From NCBI GenBank assembly GCA_017474765.1, contig JAFVGW010000023.1, positions 68,606-132,605 of the forward strand: DNA of 64,000 nt, read 5' to 3'. How positions within the stretch are numbered: position 1 is the stretch's first letter; each line of letters opens with the position of its first letter. Source of the stretch: Salinivirgaceae bacterium. Lineage in GTDB: Bacteria > Bacteroidota > Bacteroidia > Bacteroidales > SZUA-534. This document shows positions 10,112 through 19,481 of the stretch, piece after piece. The position numbers and the translations under genes were made by a program. Under the pieces are notes generated by a model. It was given only the letters and a program-made list of their open reading frames with translations. It searched no databases and was not told the origin of the DNA.

Positions 10112-10933
10112 ATGAAAAGACATATTTTTTCAATGGCTGCGGCAGCAATAGTTGCGCTTGCCTTTGTAGGGTGCGAAGACTTGGTTAAAGACGACATCGA
10201 CGCAAAATATTTGGTTGCACGCGATGTGAATCTTTCTGCACCTGTATGTACTGATATTACATATGAATCGGTAAACGTTTCGTATACAGTCGATGGTGAT
10301 ACTGCAGGGTTGGATCCTATATATTTCGGAATAGTGTTCTCTACCAAAGAGGATTTTTCCGAAAGGCTTGATTTCAACACGTTGCCAGGTGAAATTGACA
10401 CACTTGCGGTTGCTGGTGCTACCAAATACTATGTGAAATCGTATTGTGTTGTAGGTAACAGTGTCAAATATAGCGAAGTAACACAAATCACGACTCCTGC
10501 TCCTCCGGTGTTTGAGGACACATATTTGTTTGGTTCTTATTTGGCCTATGATGATGGAAATCCAAATCCAGACTTAATGTATCCCATGGAAATCTCGTGG
10601 GTTGAGAATACCTATAATAGAATTAAAATCACTAACTGGTGGGGTGGTGGGCAAACCATTACTGCAACCGTTGATTTTGAAAACAAGCAAATAATTGTTG
10701 ATTTTGAGCCAGCAATATGCAATTATGCAGATTTTGATCCCGATGCAGATTTGGGTTGGGTATACTTCTATGGCTTGAATGAAAATGGTGAGCCAACGGA
10801 AGACCTTATCATTGGTACTTACGATGATAAAGGAAATATTTCATTCCCGGGCTTTTTCATCTATATTGACGGTTTAGGATTTTATGCTCCAAGTTGCACC
10901 GACATGGTTAAGGCAGAGGAGGAAGAAGAGTAA
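10112..10933 (+). CDS. Hypothetical surface lipoprotein of the Sus-like locus
   Basis: ATG 10112 gives MKRHIFSMAAAAIVALAFVGCED (lipobox). The position after SusD is typical of SusE/F-like accessory lipoproteins. I recognise no enzyme motif. The tail is acidic (AEEEEE). Confidence 0.6.
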   Translation: MKRHIFSMAAAAIVALAFVGCEDLVKDDIDAKYLVARDVNLSAPVCTDITYESVNVSYTVDGDTAGLDPIYFGIVFSTKEDFSERLDFNTLPGEIDTLAVAGATKYYVKSYCVVGNSVKYSEVTQITTPAPPVFEDTYLFGSYLAYDDGNPNPDLMYPMEISWVENTYNRIKITNWWGGGQTITATVDFENKQIIVDFEPAICNYADFDPDADLGWVYFYGLNENGEPTEDLIIGTYDDKGNISFPGFFIYIDGLGFYAPSCTDMVKAEEEEE

Positions 10934-10962
10934 TACGCACAATTCATATTACTACAAAAAAA

Positions 10963-10988
10963 GCTGTCACTTTTGGCAGCTTTTTTTT
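10963..10988 (+). terminator. Rho-independent terminator candidate (bidirectional shape)
   Basis: A-run, stem gctgtca / tggcagc (one G-U pair), loop cttt, then T8 at 10981-10988. Lies 30 nt after the lipoprotein stop. Confidence 0.6.
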
Positions 10989-11056
10989 GTTTGAAAACGC
11001 TGCTTTTGGTCTTTGTTTTGATATTTTTGCGATATAAACTTAAATAAATGTATTTT

Positions 11057-13960
11057 ATGAAAAACGTTAAATTCTTGTTTCTCGCTGCATTCTTTGCTTT
11101 CGGGCAACTGGCTGATGCACAGGAACTAAAAACATTCAAACTGGCCAACGGATTGTCTGTCTATGTTTGGGAGGACGAGACTCAGTCAGATGTATTCGGT
11201 ATGGTTGGTGTGCGTGCTGGTTCTTACGACGACCCAGAGCAGTACACAGGTCTGGCGCACTATCTGGAGCACATGCTCTTTAAGGGTACACAAAAAATCG
11301 GCGCGCTCGATTGGGCAAAAGAGGAACCAATCTACAATCAAATTATCGCAAAATACGATGAGATGGCTGCCGAGCAGGACCCTCAAAAAAAGAACGAAAT
11401 CGGCATGCAGATTAATGAGTTGACTATTGAGGCTGCAAAAATCAGTTCTTCAGTTGAATATTGCAATTTATGCGAGTTGATTGGCGACAAAATAACCAAC
11501 GCCTGGACCTCGTACGATTTCACCTGCTATGTCAATCAGATTCCTGCCTACCGTATGAACCAATGGCTCACATTGGCATCAGAACGCTTCATCAATCCAG
11601 TTTTCCGCGAGTTCCAGACAGAGCTGGAAACTGTATATGAGGAGTACAACCGAGGAAAAGATGAGGCAGGTCGGGCAGTTCAGGAGAAGATGCTTGAGTC
11701 GATTTTCGGCAAAACGCCATACGCGCGTTCTGTTATCGGCTTGGGCGAGCACCTCAAAAATCCGCAGTTGAGCAAACTGATTGAGTTCTATCAAAAGTGG
11801 TATGTGCCAGGAAATATGGTGCTTGTCATTGTAGGAAATGTTAAGGCCAACGATATTATCGGCAAAATCGGAACCACATTCGGCAAATTGCCGGCTGGTC
11901 CTGTTCCGGAACGGAAAGTTGTTGCCGATGAGAAGATTCAGGGACGAATACAGAAAACAGTTTACGTCGGTTATTCGCCAGTTGTTTATATGGTTTTCAA
12001 CGGTATAAAGGCAGGAAGCGAGGATGAAATTCCATTGGAAGTGGTGATGAATCTGATTTCGAACAGCAACGAGACAGGTGTTGCCGACAAATTGGTACTC
12101 GATGGCGAGATTTCATCTGTTGGAGCAGAAGTGCTGTCGTTCAAAGAGCAGGGACGTCTGATTATCGAGGGTGTGCCATTGTACGACAACAGCCAGCGCC
12201 GTTATGCCACCAACAAATCGACAGAGAAGAAACTTCTGGCGGCTATTGAGAAAGTTCGGAACGGTGAGTTCACCGACGAGGATGTGGAGTTGGCAAAAAC
12301 CAACCTCTGCATACAGACTGAGATTATGATGGAAGATAATCAGTCGATGGCAAGTTTGTTGGCACAATCATTTATTTACGGACAGGATCCTACCGACATT
12401 GTCAACAGAATTGAGAAAATAAAATCCGTAACGGCCGAGCAAATCAAGACTTTGGCAAAAAAATATCTTGATGATAATTATCTGGTGCTGAATTTTGAAA
12501 AAGAGAAATCGAACGAGCCGAAAGACAAAATTTCTAAGCCATTGTATAAGCCACTGATTCAAGCTGAAGGCCAGCAGTCGATGTTTGCCCAGCAGTTCAA
12601 ATATGTTAGGCCTGGTGCCGTGACCGACACAAAATTGAAACTTGAAAACGTTCAGACGAAGAAGATTAACGAGCTGTCGGAGTTGAATTACACTAAAAAT
12701 CCGAACAGCAACATTTTCAATCTTACAATCCGCTATGGCGTGGGAACCAATGTATTACCGAAACTGGCGTATGCAGCCACGCTGATGAACGATGCGGGCA
12801 TAATGGGCAACTACAAGTCGCAGGAGCTGAAAAAACAGTTCGCCAAACTGCATGTTGATTATGCGGTGGCAGCCGATGAGGATTATCTCACAATTCAGGT
12901 TATGGGCGAGGAGAATTCTCTCACGGCCGCTTGCGATTTACTGTCGAGACTGATTCTGATGCCGGAATTGGATGAAAAACAGTTGAATAGATTGAAAAAC
13001 AATATTTTAGGAACGCGTTATGTGCGTCGTTGGGACCCCTCGTCGGGCAAACAACCGCTGTTGGCTTATGTGCTTTACCGCGATAATTCACCATACATCA
13101 AGGAGCCGACGGATTATGTTGTCAACGATATGACAATTGCCGACCTGACAGGCGACATCACACGTGCGGCTAACTATGCGGCTAAAATTTATTACACAGG
13201 TTCAATGCCGTTCGACGATGTTCATAAGATTTTGAGCGAGCACTTGCCGTTGGTGGCTCACGAGAAGCCGTCGGATTCTCCGCAGGACAGAAAAATAGCT
13301 GATGTTAGCGAAAACACAGTCTATTTCTATGCCAACAACGATGCCAAACAGGCTCAAATCTACTTCTATTTCCCGATGCTCAAATATTCGAAGGAGATGG
13401 AGGTGATAACAAACGCATTCTACCAATACTTCTCGGGTGATTTCAACGGGTTGGTTTTGACCGAGATACGCGAGAAACGCTCAATGGCTTATTCTGCGGG
13501 AGCAAGGCCAATGTCGCCTACTTTGGCTGGAAATCCGATATTCTTCTATGGTACAATCGGTACACAGAACGACAAGACAATCGAGGCTGTCACTGTGTTT
13601 ATGGATTTGCTCAAAGATATGCCGCGTCACGATTGGCGAATCGACAACATAAAGTCATACTTGTTGCAGATATGCCAGACATCGAACCCTGGCGCTCGTA
13701 GCCTTCCTTTTGCAAAGGATGCTTACAAACTGCTAGGTTTTGAAGGCGAGCCCATGGATGAGATGATTAAGCAGATTGAGTCGCTCACAATGGACGACAT
13801 AATGAAGTTCTACGAGGAGAATATCAAAGGCAAACCTGTTGTGATTGGCATTATGGGCAATCCGAAAGACTTCAATGTCAACGATTTGGCAAAATTCGGC
13901 AAAGTCAACCGCATTGGTCCGAAACAAATTTACAACACAACCGATTCTTATTTCTATTAA
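11057..13960 (+). CDS. M16 family (pitrilysin/insulinase-like) zinc peptidase, two-domain form
   Basis: Signal peptide MKNVKFLFLAAFFAFGQLADAQ. Inverted zinc motif HxxEH in GLAHYLEHMLFKGT. The length of about 970 aa fits fused active and inactive M16 halves. Confidence 0.88.
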   Translation: MKNVKFLFLAAFFAFGQLADAQELKTFKLANGLSVYVWEDETQSDVFGMVGVRAGSYDDPEQYTGLAHYLEHMLFKGTQKIGALDWAKEEPIYNQIIAKYDEMAAEQDPQKKNEIGMQINELTIEAAKISSSVEYCNLCELIGDKITNAWTSYDFTCYVNQIPAYRMNQWLTLASERFINPVFREFQTELETVYEEYNRGKDEAGRAVQEKMLESIFGKTPYARSVIGLGEHLKNPQLSKLIEFYQKWYVPGNMVLVIVGNVKANDIIGKIGTTFGKLPAGPVPERKVVADEKIQGRIQKTVYVGYSPVVYMVFNGIKAGSEDEIPLEVVMNLISNSNETGVADKLVLDGEISSVGAEVLSFKEQGRLIIEGVPLYDNSQRRYATNKSTEKKLLAAIEKVRNGEFTDEDVELAKTNLCIQTEIMMEDNQSMASLLAQSFIYGQDPTDIVNRIEKIKSVTAEQIKTLAKKYLDDNYLVLNFEKEKSNEPKDKISKPLYKPLIQAEGQQSMFAQQFKYVRPGAVTDTKLKLENVQTKKINELSELNYTKNPNSNIFNLTIRYGVGTNVLPKLAYAATLMNDAGIMGNYKSQELKKQFAKLHVDYAVAADEDYLTIQVMGEENSLTAACDLLSRLILMPELDEKQLNRLKNNILGTRYVRRWDPSSGKQPLLAYVLYRDNSPYIKEPTDYVVNDMTIADLTGDITRAANYAAKIYYTGSMPFDDVHKILSEHLPLVAHEKPSDSPQDRKIADVSENTVYFYANNDAKQAQIYFYFPMLKYSKEMEVITNAFYQYFSGDFNGLVLTEIREKRSMAYSAGARPMSPTLAGNPIFFYGTIGTQNDKTIEAVTVFMDLLKDMPRHDWRIDNIKSYLLQICQTSNPGARSLPFAKDAYKLLGFEGEPMDEMIKQIESLTMDDIMKFYEENIKGKPVVIGIMGNPKDFNVNDLAKFGKVNRIGPKQIYNTTDSYFY

Positions 13961-14191
13961 TAGATAATCGGTTGTATATCAACTAAAAAGCGACTCGAAA
14001 GGGCCGTTTTTTTTTGTTGATTCCAGTGCCAGTCGCCAAAACTCTTCGCTATTAACAACCCACCGTTGAATACAAAAGGTTGAAGCCCCAAAATCGATTG
14101 ATATAATCCGTACATTGTGCATTGGTTTTAATCGCGTTTTTCTTGTTAATGTGATTGATAACCAAATTTTTAAATGTAATTTGAGCATCAG

Positions 14192-16843
14192 ATGAAACGT
14201 TTTGCTTGTGCATTTTTTTTAACGGTTGTCGTTGGTCTGGCGGCATATCCGCAGTCAACTTTATTCAACGAGTCGCAGACTGTTTCGGTCGAGATAAATG
14301 GTGACAACCGCAGCGATGACGGCCTGCTCAACATTGTTTTTGCCGATGGTGGCGACCGTTTGCTCACCTACAAACTCGATTTGGAAAGCCGTATAACACA
14401 AATCGGCGGACAGTTGCTTATAACCATCGATAATCGTGGCTTTAAATCGAACAACGATTGTAAGTATAAAGGCTTCAGTATCAACAGTGTACTGCTGCCG
14501 CAAGTATTCAGCGCTGAATTTGTGCTTCTTTCGGGCGCGGGCAGTGAAGTGAAGCGCTGGACGGTTGATAATGAGCCGTTTGAGCCTGAAAAGAATATGG
14601 TTCGCCACTATTACGTTGAAGAAGAGCCGCTCACTGGCTGCAAACTACGCATCGTGTCGGTTGAACTGCATTTCAACAAGTCGGGTGTGCGTGAGGCCGA
14701 TGAGTTCATCAGCCTTATCGACGACTATTACAACACCGACGCCCGCCTGAAAATGATGGAACAAGAGTTGGCTGCCATTCGTCCCGATTCCATCGAAACG
14801 CTTGAGCAGGCACGGCAGTTCACCATCAACAACACGGCCGTCATCAATGACATCAAATCGCGGCATTTTGATACGAAACTTGATCTATCAGCCTATAATC
14901 CAATCGATTTGATGGAACATCTGCGCCAAGCGGAACAAACCAACCGCAATGTGAAGAAGCAGGTTGAATATGCGCTGTCGCACATGTGGGAAACCTACCA
15001 CAACAAAGGTATGGAATTGCTCGGGTGGGGCAAGGGCGACCGCGCTGAAGAGATGTTTATCAATTCCATCAAGGCAAAAAACAACTATGCGCCACCGCAT
15101 TATCAGTTGGCTTCAATGGATTATGAGTCAGGGCTTTACTACAAAGTGTTGGACACTTGCGCCCGCATTGTGACTGATATGAATCCCGATTCCGACACGC
15201 GCTACAACACCATCAAACTGGCAGAGCGTGTAATCTATATTTTTATCGATTCGGTGAGTCAATTTGTTGATAACAAGGATGTTGATAACGGATTTCGAGT
15301 GCTTTCGGTTTGCAAGGACTATTGCAAGCGCATCAAGGGAATCCGAAGGTTCGAAGAGTTTGACAAACTGTCGGCGCAACTCTACGGCACCATTCACGCA
15401 AAACTCATCGCGGAAGCACAGACTTATTATGATGCCAAAGACTTGAAACATAGTACATTGCTAGCCGATTCGGCTGCCAATCTGCGTGCAGAATATCCGA
15501 ATTTCGACATCGATGCCAAAGCAGAAGGTAAATTGCTGAACGACTTGTATTTGGCATGGATCGCATACGGAAAATCGGTGTCGATGGATAAGCCCGACGA
15601 AGCACTCTTCGCCTTCGACCAGGCAACCCATATCTGCCGAACCCACACCGCCGTGCAGTGTACGAGCGAACTTGAGAAACTGGCGTTCGACAGCCGTACT
15701 CATAAGTACATGCGGATGTTGGAAGAAGCAAAATCGTCGCTCGACGACGGTTATCCCGACTCGGCTCTTGAGCAACTCGACGAAGCCGAAAAATACCGTC
15801 AGACTTGGGAATTGAAGAAAATTGCGCTGGCAGATGAGTTGCGCACCGAAGCCTATCAGCAGAAGTACGACGGCCTGATGGGTGAGGGCGACAATGCTCT
15901 GGCCCGAAAGCAGCCGCGCGAGGCTTTGGCATTCTATGCTGCGGCGCTGGCAATCAATAAGGAACAACCCATTGTGGCCGATACTGCTTGGACAACCAAA
16001 AACCGCAACGCATCGATAATGTATGTTGTAAATCTTTGCAGTTTAGGCATTTCGTATGTCGAGATGTTCCAGATGGGCAAGGCAGGACAGCAGTATCAGA
16101 AAGCGCTGGTTGTGGCCGAAGACGCCAAAATCACCAAAGTTGCTGAAGTTCAGACCGCTTTGGCGGATCTTTCGGCGGCCTTGAGCGATGGTGAGTGCAG
16201 TCAGGCGTGGTTCGACTACAATGTGCAAGTAGGTGCCGCTGAACGACTTATCAAGCAGAAAGAGTTCATCAAGGCGCGCACGTCGCTGTCGAAGGCGGCG
16301 GGCATTGCTCGTGCCAACTACAAGTGCAACCTGACCGATTCGGTTGTGCAGGAACGCTCGAAGGACATCGAAACCATCTGCGAGTACGAAAAGATGGTCA
16401 ACTCGGTGCAGCCGATGCTTGAGCAGAAAGAGTTTGCAAAGGCTCTCGAGACCTATGTAGCCGCCACCGAGTTCTTTACCGACAGTTGCAACAACAAATT
16501 CGGAATCCGTCACAAGGCAGTTTACGATTATGTTTTTGAAAATCAATATGGTGGACTTGTCGATGCGGCAGTTGTCTACTATGCCGAAATCAACGAACTG
16601 AAGAAATCTCTCAACTTGCTCAACGAATTGAACCGTCGCTATTATGAGTCGATGTGGACCCGCGAGAGTCAGGAAAAACTGGGCATTGAACTGGCCCGCC
16701 GCGATTTCCGCGAGCATCCGTCGGCCGACCCTAAGGTGAAAGTTCTCGACTACACCCGCGGCGACAAGTGGTACAACGGCCTGCGTAAAGCCTATCAGCA
16801 AGAGTGGATTGACAATTCGGTTGAGAATTTGAGGGATAAATAG
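14192..16843 (+). CDS. Hypothetical secreted protein, largely helical (TPR-like), 883 aa
   Basis: Signal peptide MKRFACAFFLTVVVGLAAYPQ. N-terminal beta-rich module of about 170 aa, then a long helical repeat-like region. No catalytic motif recognised. Same strand as, and downstream of, the Sus-like/M16 genes. Confidence 0.55.
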   Translation: MKRFACAFFLTVVVGLAAYPQSTLFNESQTVSVEINGDNRSDDGLLNIVFADGGDRLLTYKLDLESRITQIGGQLLITIDNRGFKSNNDCKYKGFSINSVLLPQVFSAEFVLLSGAGSEVKRWTVDNEPFEPEKNMVRHYYVEEEPLTGCKLRIVSVELHFNKSGVREADEFISLIDDYYNTDARLKMMEQELAAIRPDSIETLEQARQFTINNTAVINDIKSRHFDTKLDLSAYNPIDLMEHLRQAEQTNRNVKKQVEYALSHMWETYHNKGMELLGWGKGDRAEEMFINSIKAKNNYAPPHYQLASMDYESGLYYKVLDTCARIVTDMNPDSDTRYNTIKLAERVIYIFIDSVSQFVDNKDVDNGFRVLSVCKDYCKRIKGIRRFEEFDKLSAQLYGTIHAKLIAEAQTYYDAKDLKHSTLLADSAANLRAEYPNFDIDAKAEGKLLNDLYLAWIAYGKSVSMDKPDEALFAFDQATHICRTHTAVQCTSELEKLAFDSRTHKYMRMLEEAKSSLDDGYPDSALEQLDEAEKYRQTWELKKIALADELRTEAYQQKYDGLMGEGDNALARKQPREALAFYAAALAINKEQPIVADTAWTTKNRNASIMYVVNLCSLGISYVEMFQMGKAGQQYQKALVVAEDAKITKVAEVQTALADLSAALSDGECSQAWFDYNVQVGAAERLIKQKEFIKARTSLSKAAGIARANYKCNLTDSVVQERSKDIETICEYEKMVNSVQPMLEQKEFAKALETYVAATEFFTDSCNNKFGIRHKAVYDYVFENQYGGLVDAAVVYYAEINELKKSLNLLNELNRRYYESMWTRESQEKLGIELARRDFREHPSADPKVKVLDYTRGDKWYNGLRKAYQQEWIDNSVENLRDK

Positions 16844-16871
16844 GTGCGATGGATGGCTAGATGATTGAGTG

Positions 16872-17951
16872 TCAATCGATTATTCCTCCGCCAATCATGT
16901 CGTCATCTTGGTAAAATACCACTGACTGGCCAGGCGAGACAGACTCCACAGGTTCGCTGAATTCCACAACAATCTTATCACCTGCGGCCACAACGGTTGC
17001 AGGCACCCCTTTGCTTCGGTAGCGGACGCGTGCGATTACTTCGATAGGTGTTTGCGGAGCCTCAATTTTCGTGAAATTATAGTCAGATGCAGTGAGACGA
17101 GTGCTCAACAGGTCGTCGCGAGTGCCGAGAGTTACGGTGTTGCTGGCGGCGTCGATGCGCGAAACGTACATTGGCTGCCCCAATGCGATTTCGAGCCCCT
17201 TGCGCTGCCCGATGGTGTAGTTCGGGTAACCCTTATGTTGGCCTAAAACGCGGCCGTCGGGACTGATAAAATTGCCTGGGCCCACAGCAGAATATTCTGG
17301 CGAATTTTGCTGCAGAAAATTGCGGTAGTCGTTGTCGGGTACGAAGCAAATCTCTTGTGACTCACGCTTTTGCGACAGTTTTGTGTAACCTCGGTCGGCA
17401 GCCATCTGGCGCACCTGCTGCTTGGTGAATCCGCCCAGCGGAAAGAGCGTGCGGGCAATGTTCTCGGGTGTTAGTTGCCAGAGAAAATACGACTGGTCTT
17501 TGGTGGTGTCGATGCCCTTGCTGATGAAGTGCCGTCCTTCTAGGCTGCCAATGCGCGCGTAGTGGCCCGTGGCGATGAACTCGCAGTTGAGTTTGTCGGC
17601 CAGGTCGAGCAGTGCGCCCCATTTGATGTATTTGTTGCAGACCACACACGGGTTTGGCGTGCGGCCTTTCATGTATTCGCTGATGAAATTGCTGATAACC
17701 GTCTGGCGGAACAGTTCGCGGATGTCGAGAATCTGGTGGTTGAATCCCAAACTGTTGGCAATGTGTTTGGCTTCGAATATTGAATCAACTGAGCAACAGC
17801 CTGTTTCGCGTTCCATGCAGGCTTTCGAGATGCTGTCCCACGAGCGGAATGTCACACCCTCAAGTTCATAGCCTTGCTCGGTGAGCAGGATGGCGGCCAT
17901 TGTGCTGTCGATGCCGCCGCTCATTGCCATCAGTACTCTGCCTTTACTCAT
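16872..17951 (-). CDS. mnmA: tRNA 2-thiouridine(34) synthase MnmA
   Basis: ATG at 17951 gives MSKGRVLMAMSGGIDSTMAA (PP-loop SGGxDS). Also NPCVVCNKYIKWGALL and ATGHYAR. The extension to 18008 would overlap the upstream gene. Confidence 0.95.
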   Translation of the reverse strand: MSKGRVLMAMSGGIDSTMAAILLTEQGYELEGVTFRSWDSISKACMERETGCCSVDSIFEAKHIANSLGFNHQILDIRELFRQTVISNFISEYMKGRTPNPCVVCNKYIKWGALLDLADKLNCEFIATGHYARIGSLEGRHFISKGIDTTKDQSYFLWQLTPENIARTLFPLGGFTKQQVRQMAADRGYTKLSQKRESQEICFVPDNDYRNFLQQNSPEYSAVGPGNFISPDGRVLGQHKGYPNYTIGQRKGLEIALGQPMYVSRIDAASNTVTLGTRDDLLSTRLTASDYNFTKIEAPQTPIEVIARVRYRSKGVPATVVAAGDKIVVEFSEPVESVSPGQSVVFYQDDDMIGGGIID

Positions 17952-17956
17952 GATTG

Positions 17957-18763
17957 TCAGCGCATTAGCCAGGTTGGGTCGTTCATGTGCTCTGCGGGGT
18001 CTTCCCATTCGTCTTTGTGGCTTTCCATCTCGTTGATGGTGCGGTTCTGCTCATCGGCAAGTTCCTTGCAGTAGCCGTGCTTATAAACATATTGTTTGAC
18101 GTAGTTGCCGTGCTCGTCGAATTGCAGCCACGAGCCTTCCATCAGGTCGTTCACATATTTGCCTTTTTTCTGGAGTTTGCCGTTGGCGTAGTACACTTTG
18201 CCTTCGCCGTTGAGTTTGCCGTGGTCGTAGTTCACGTCAAACATCATGGCACCAGTCACATAGTATTTGCGCCATGGACCGTGCTTTTCACCGTCTTTCC
18301 ACGTTACTTCCTCAATCTTTTTTCGTTCCGATGTGTACTGGATGAACAGTCCGTCCTTCACACCTTTTTTATATGATTCCTGGAGGTATAGGATTCCGTT
18401 GTCGGCGTAGTAAAGCCAGATACTGTCTTTCTCGTGCCCAACGTATTTGCCTGTAGCACTGATTTTTCCACTGCGATGGAAGAATCTGGCGTCAGCCTTC
18501 GAGCCATCGCTGCTATAGTTCAGAATGGCGTTCAGATTGCCATAAGAGTCGTATTTCTTGAATTCGCCAATTGGCTGCCCATCAACAAAATAGGCTTCGT
18601 ATCTTGTCTTTCCGTTTTGATATTTCGCAATCCAGTGACCTTGTTTCAAGCCGTTGATATCGGTATAATTAAGTATGGTGTCGGTTTCCTGAACGGCATT
18701 TTGGGCGCCAGCCGACATCGAAAGCAGCAAAAAAGCCGCCAATATTGTTCTGCGTTTGAGCAT
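17957..18763 (-). CDS. MORN-repeat / YwqK-family protein with signal peptide
   Basis: ATG at 18763 gives MLKRRTILAAFLLLSMSAGAQ. Repeated G-x-W-x-x-Y-Y-x-N-G modules are present (GHWIAKYQNGKTRYEAYFVDGQPIGEFKKYDSYGNL, GPWRKYYVTGAMMFDVNYDHGKLNGEGKVYYANGKL). Confidence 0.65.
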   Translation of the reverse strand: MLKRRTILAAFLLLSMSAGAQNAVQETDTILNYTDINGLKQGHWIAKYQNGKTRYEAYFVDGQPIGEFKKYDSYGNLNAILNYSSDGSKADARFFHRSGKISATGKYVGHEKDSIWLYYADNGILYLQESYKKGVKDGLFIQYTSERKKIEEVTWKDGEKHGPWRKYYVTGAMMFDVNYDHGKLNGEGKVYYANGKLQKKGKYVNDLMEGSWLQFDEHGNYVKQYVYKHGYCKELADEQNRTINEMESHKDEWEDPAEHMNDPTWLMR

Positions 18764-18916
18764 ATCGCTTGTGTTTTTCGGCTGTAAAGGTAGCATTTTA
18801 AGAAAAGTTTGACTGTTTCCTTTGGTGCAAAAATGCATGTCGGCCCTAGTTTTTTGGACCGAAAAAATTATTTTCAGAAAAAATGACAAAAAGGTTGTTT
18901 ACAATATTCTATTTCA

Positions 18917-18924
18917 TATATTTG
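18917..18924 (+). promoter_or_regulatory. Candidate Bacteroides-type -7 promoter box (TAnnTTTG) for hup
   Basis: tatatttg matches TAnnTTTG about 44 nt upstream of the hup ATG. A second match, tatttttg at 18958-18965, is too close to the ATG to be likely. Confidence 0.3.
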
Positions 18925-18967
18925 CCAAACCAAAAATTTAATTTGTTGATTATAAAATATTTTTGTT

Positions 18968-19255
18968 ATGACAAAAGCAGAATTAGTAAACGAGATCTCA
19001 AAGAGCACAGGAATTGAGAAAGTAACAGTGTTGAAAGCAGTTGAGGCTTTTATGGACAGCGTAAAGAACTCACTGGTAAGTGGTAACAATGTTTATTTGA
19101 GAGGTTTCGGTACCTTCGCTACAAAGAAAAGAGCAAAGAAGACCGCCCGCAACATCACAAAGAACACTACTATCGTTGTTCCAGAGCACTACATTCCTTC
19201 TTTCAAACCAACTGCAGAGTTTGTTGCGAAGGTTAAGGCTAATGTTAAAAAGTAA
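18968..19255 (+). CDS. hup: HU family DNA-binding protein
   Basis: MTKAELVNEISKSTGIEKVTVLKAVEAFMDSVKNSL...VYLRGFGTF...KKRAKKTARNI. The 95-aa length and motifs are typical of Bacteroidota HU. Confidence 0.92.
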   Translation: MTKAELVNEISKSTGIEKVTVLKAVEAFMDSVKNSLVSGNNVYLRGFGTFATKKRAKKTARNITKNTTIVVPEHYIPSFKPTAEFVAKVKANVKK

Positions 19256-19276
19256 TTTTTATCTGCCTAATGTACG

Positions 19277-19303
19277 GGGACGCATTTGCGTCCCTTTTTT
19301 TTT
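19277..19303 (+). terminator. Rho-independent terminator of hup
   Basis: Stem gggacgc / gcgtccc, loop attt, then T9 (19295-19303). Confidence 0.8.
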
Positions 19304-19481
19304 GCTTTTCTTCTAACGCCCCAAAATTGGCTTTCGCCAAAAAACATATCGCTTTTACGGCTTATATTTCTATCTTTGAAAGATTTTGAAATAGCAGACT
19401 TTTTTATTGTATAAACGCGCCATGGCACGTCTATACGGAAATAAATGATAAAATTCTAATAAACAATAAAATACAATTCTA

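Noticed and set aside
13961-14191. Possible tRNA or small RNA genes in the larger gaps (also 49607-49831 and 41501-41986)
   Set aside because: No cloverleaf-compatible arms or GTTCGAATC-type T-loop boxes were seen by eye. Without a covariance search I cannot support any RNA gene call.
16043-16801. 252-aa ORF on the minus strand
   Set aside because: It is antisense to the 883-aa secreted protein gene. The sense ORF is far longer and has a signal peptide.
19256-19481. An invertible (phase-variable) promoter upstream of the giant LRR gene
   Set aside because: I found no pair of flanking inverted repeats, and there is no site-specific recombinase gene in the window.
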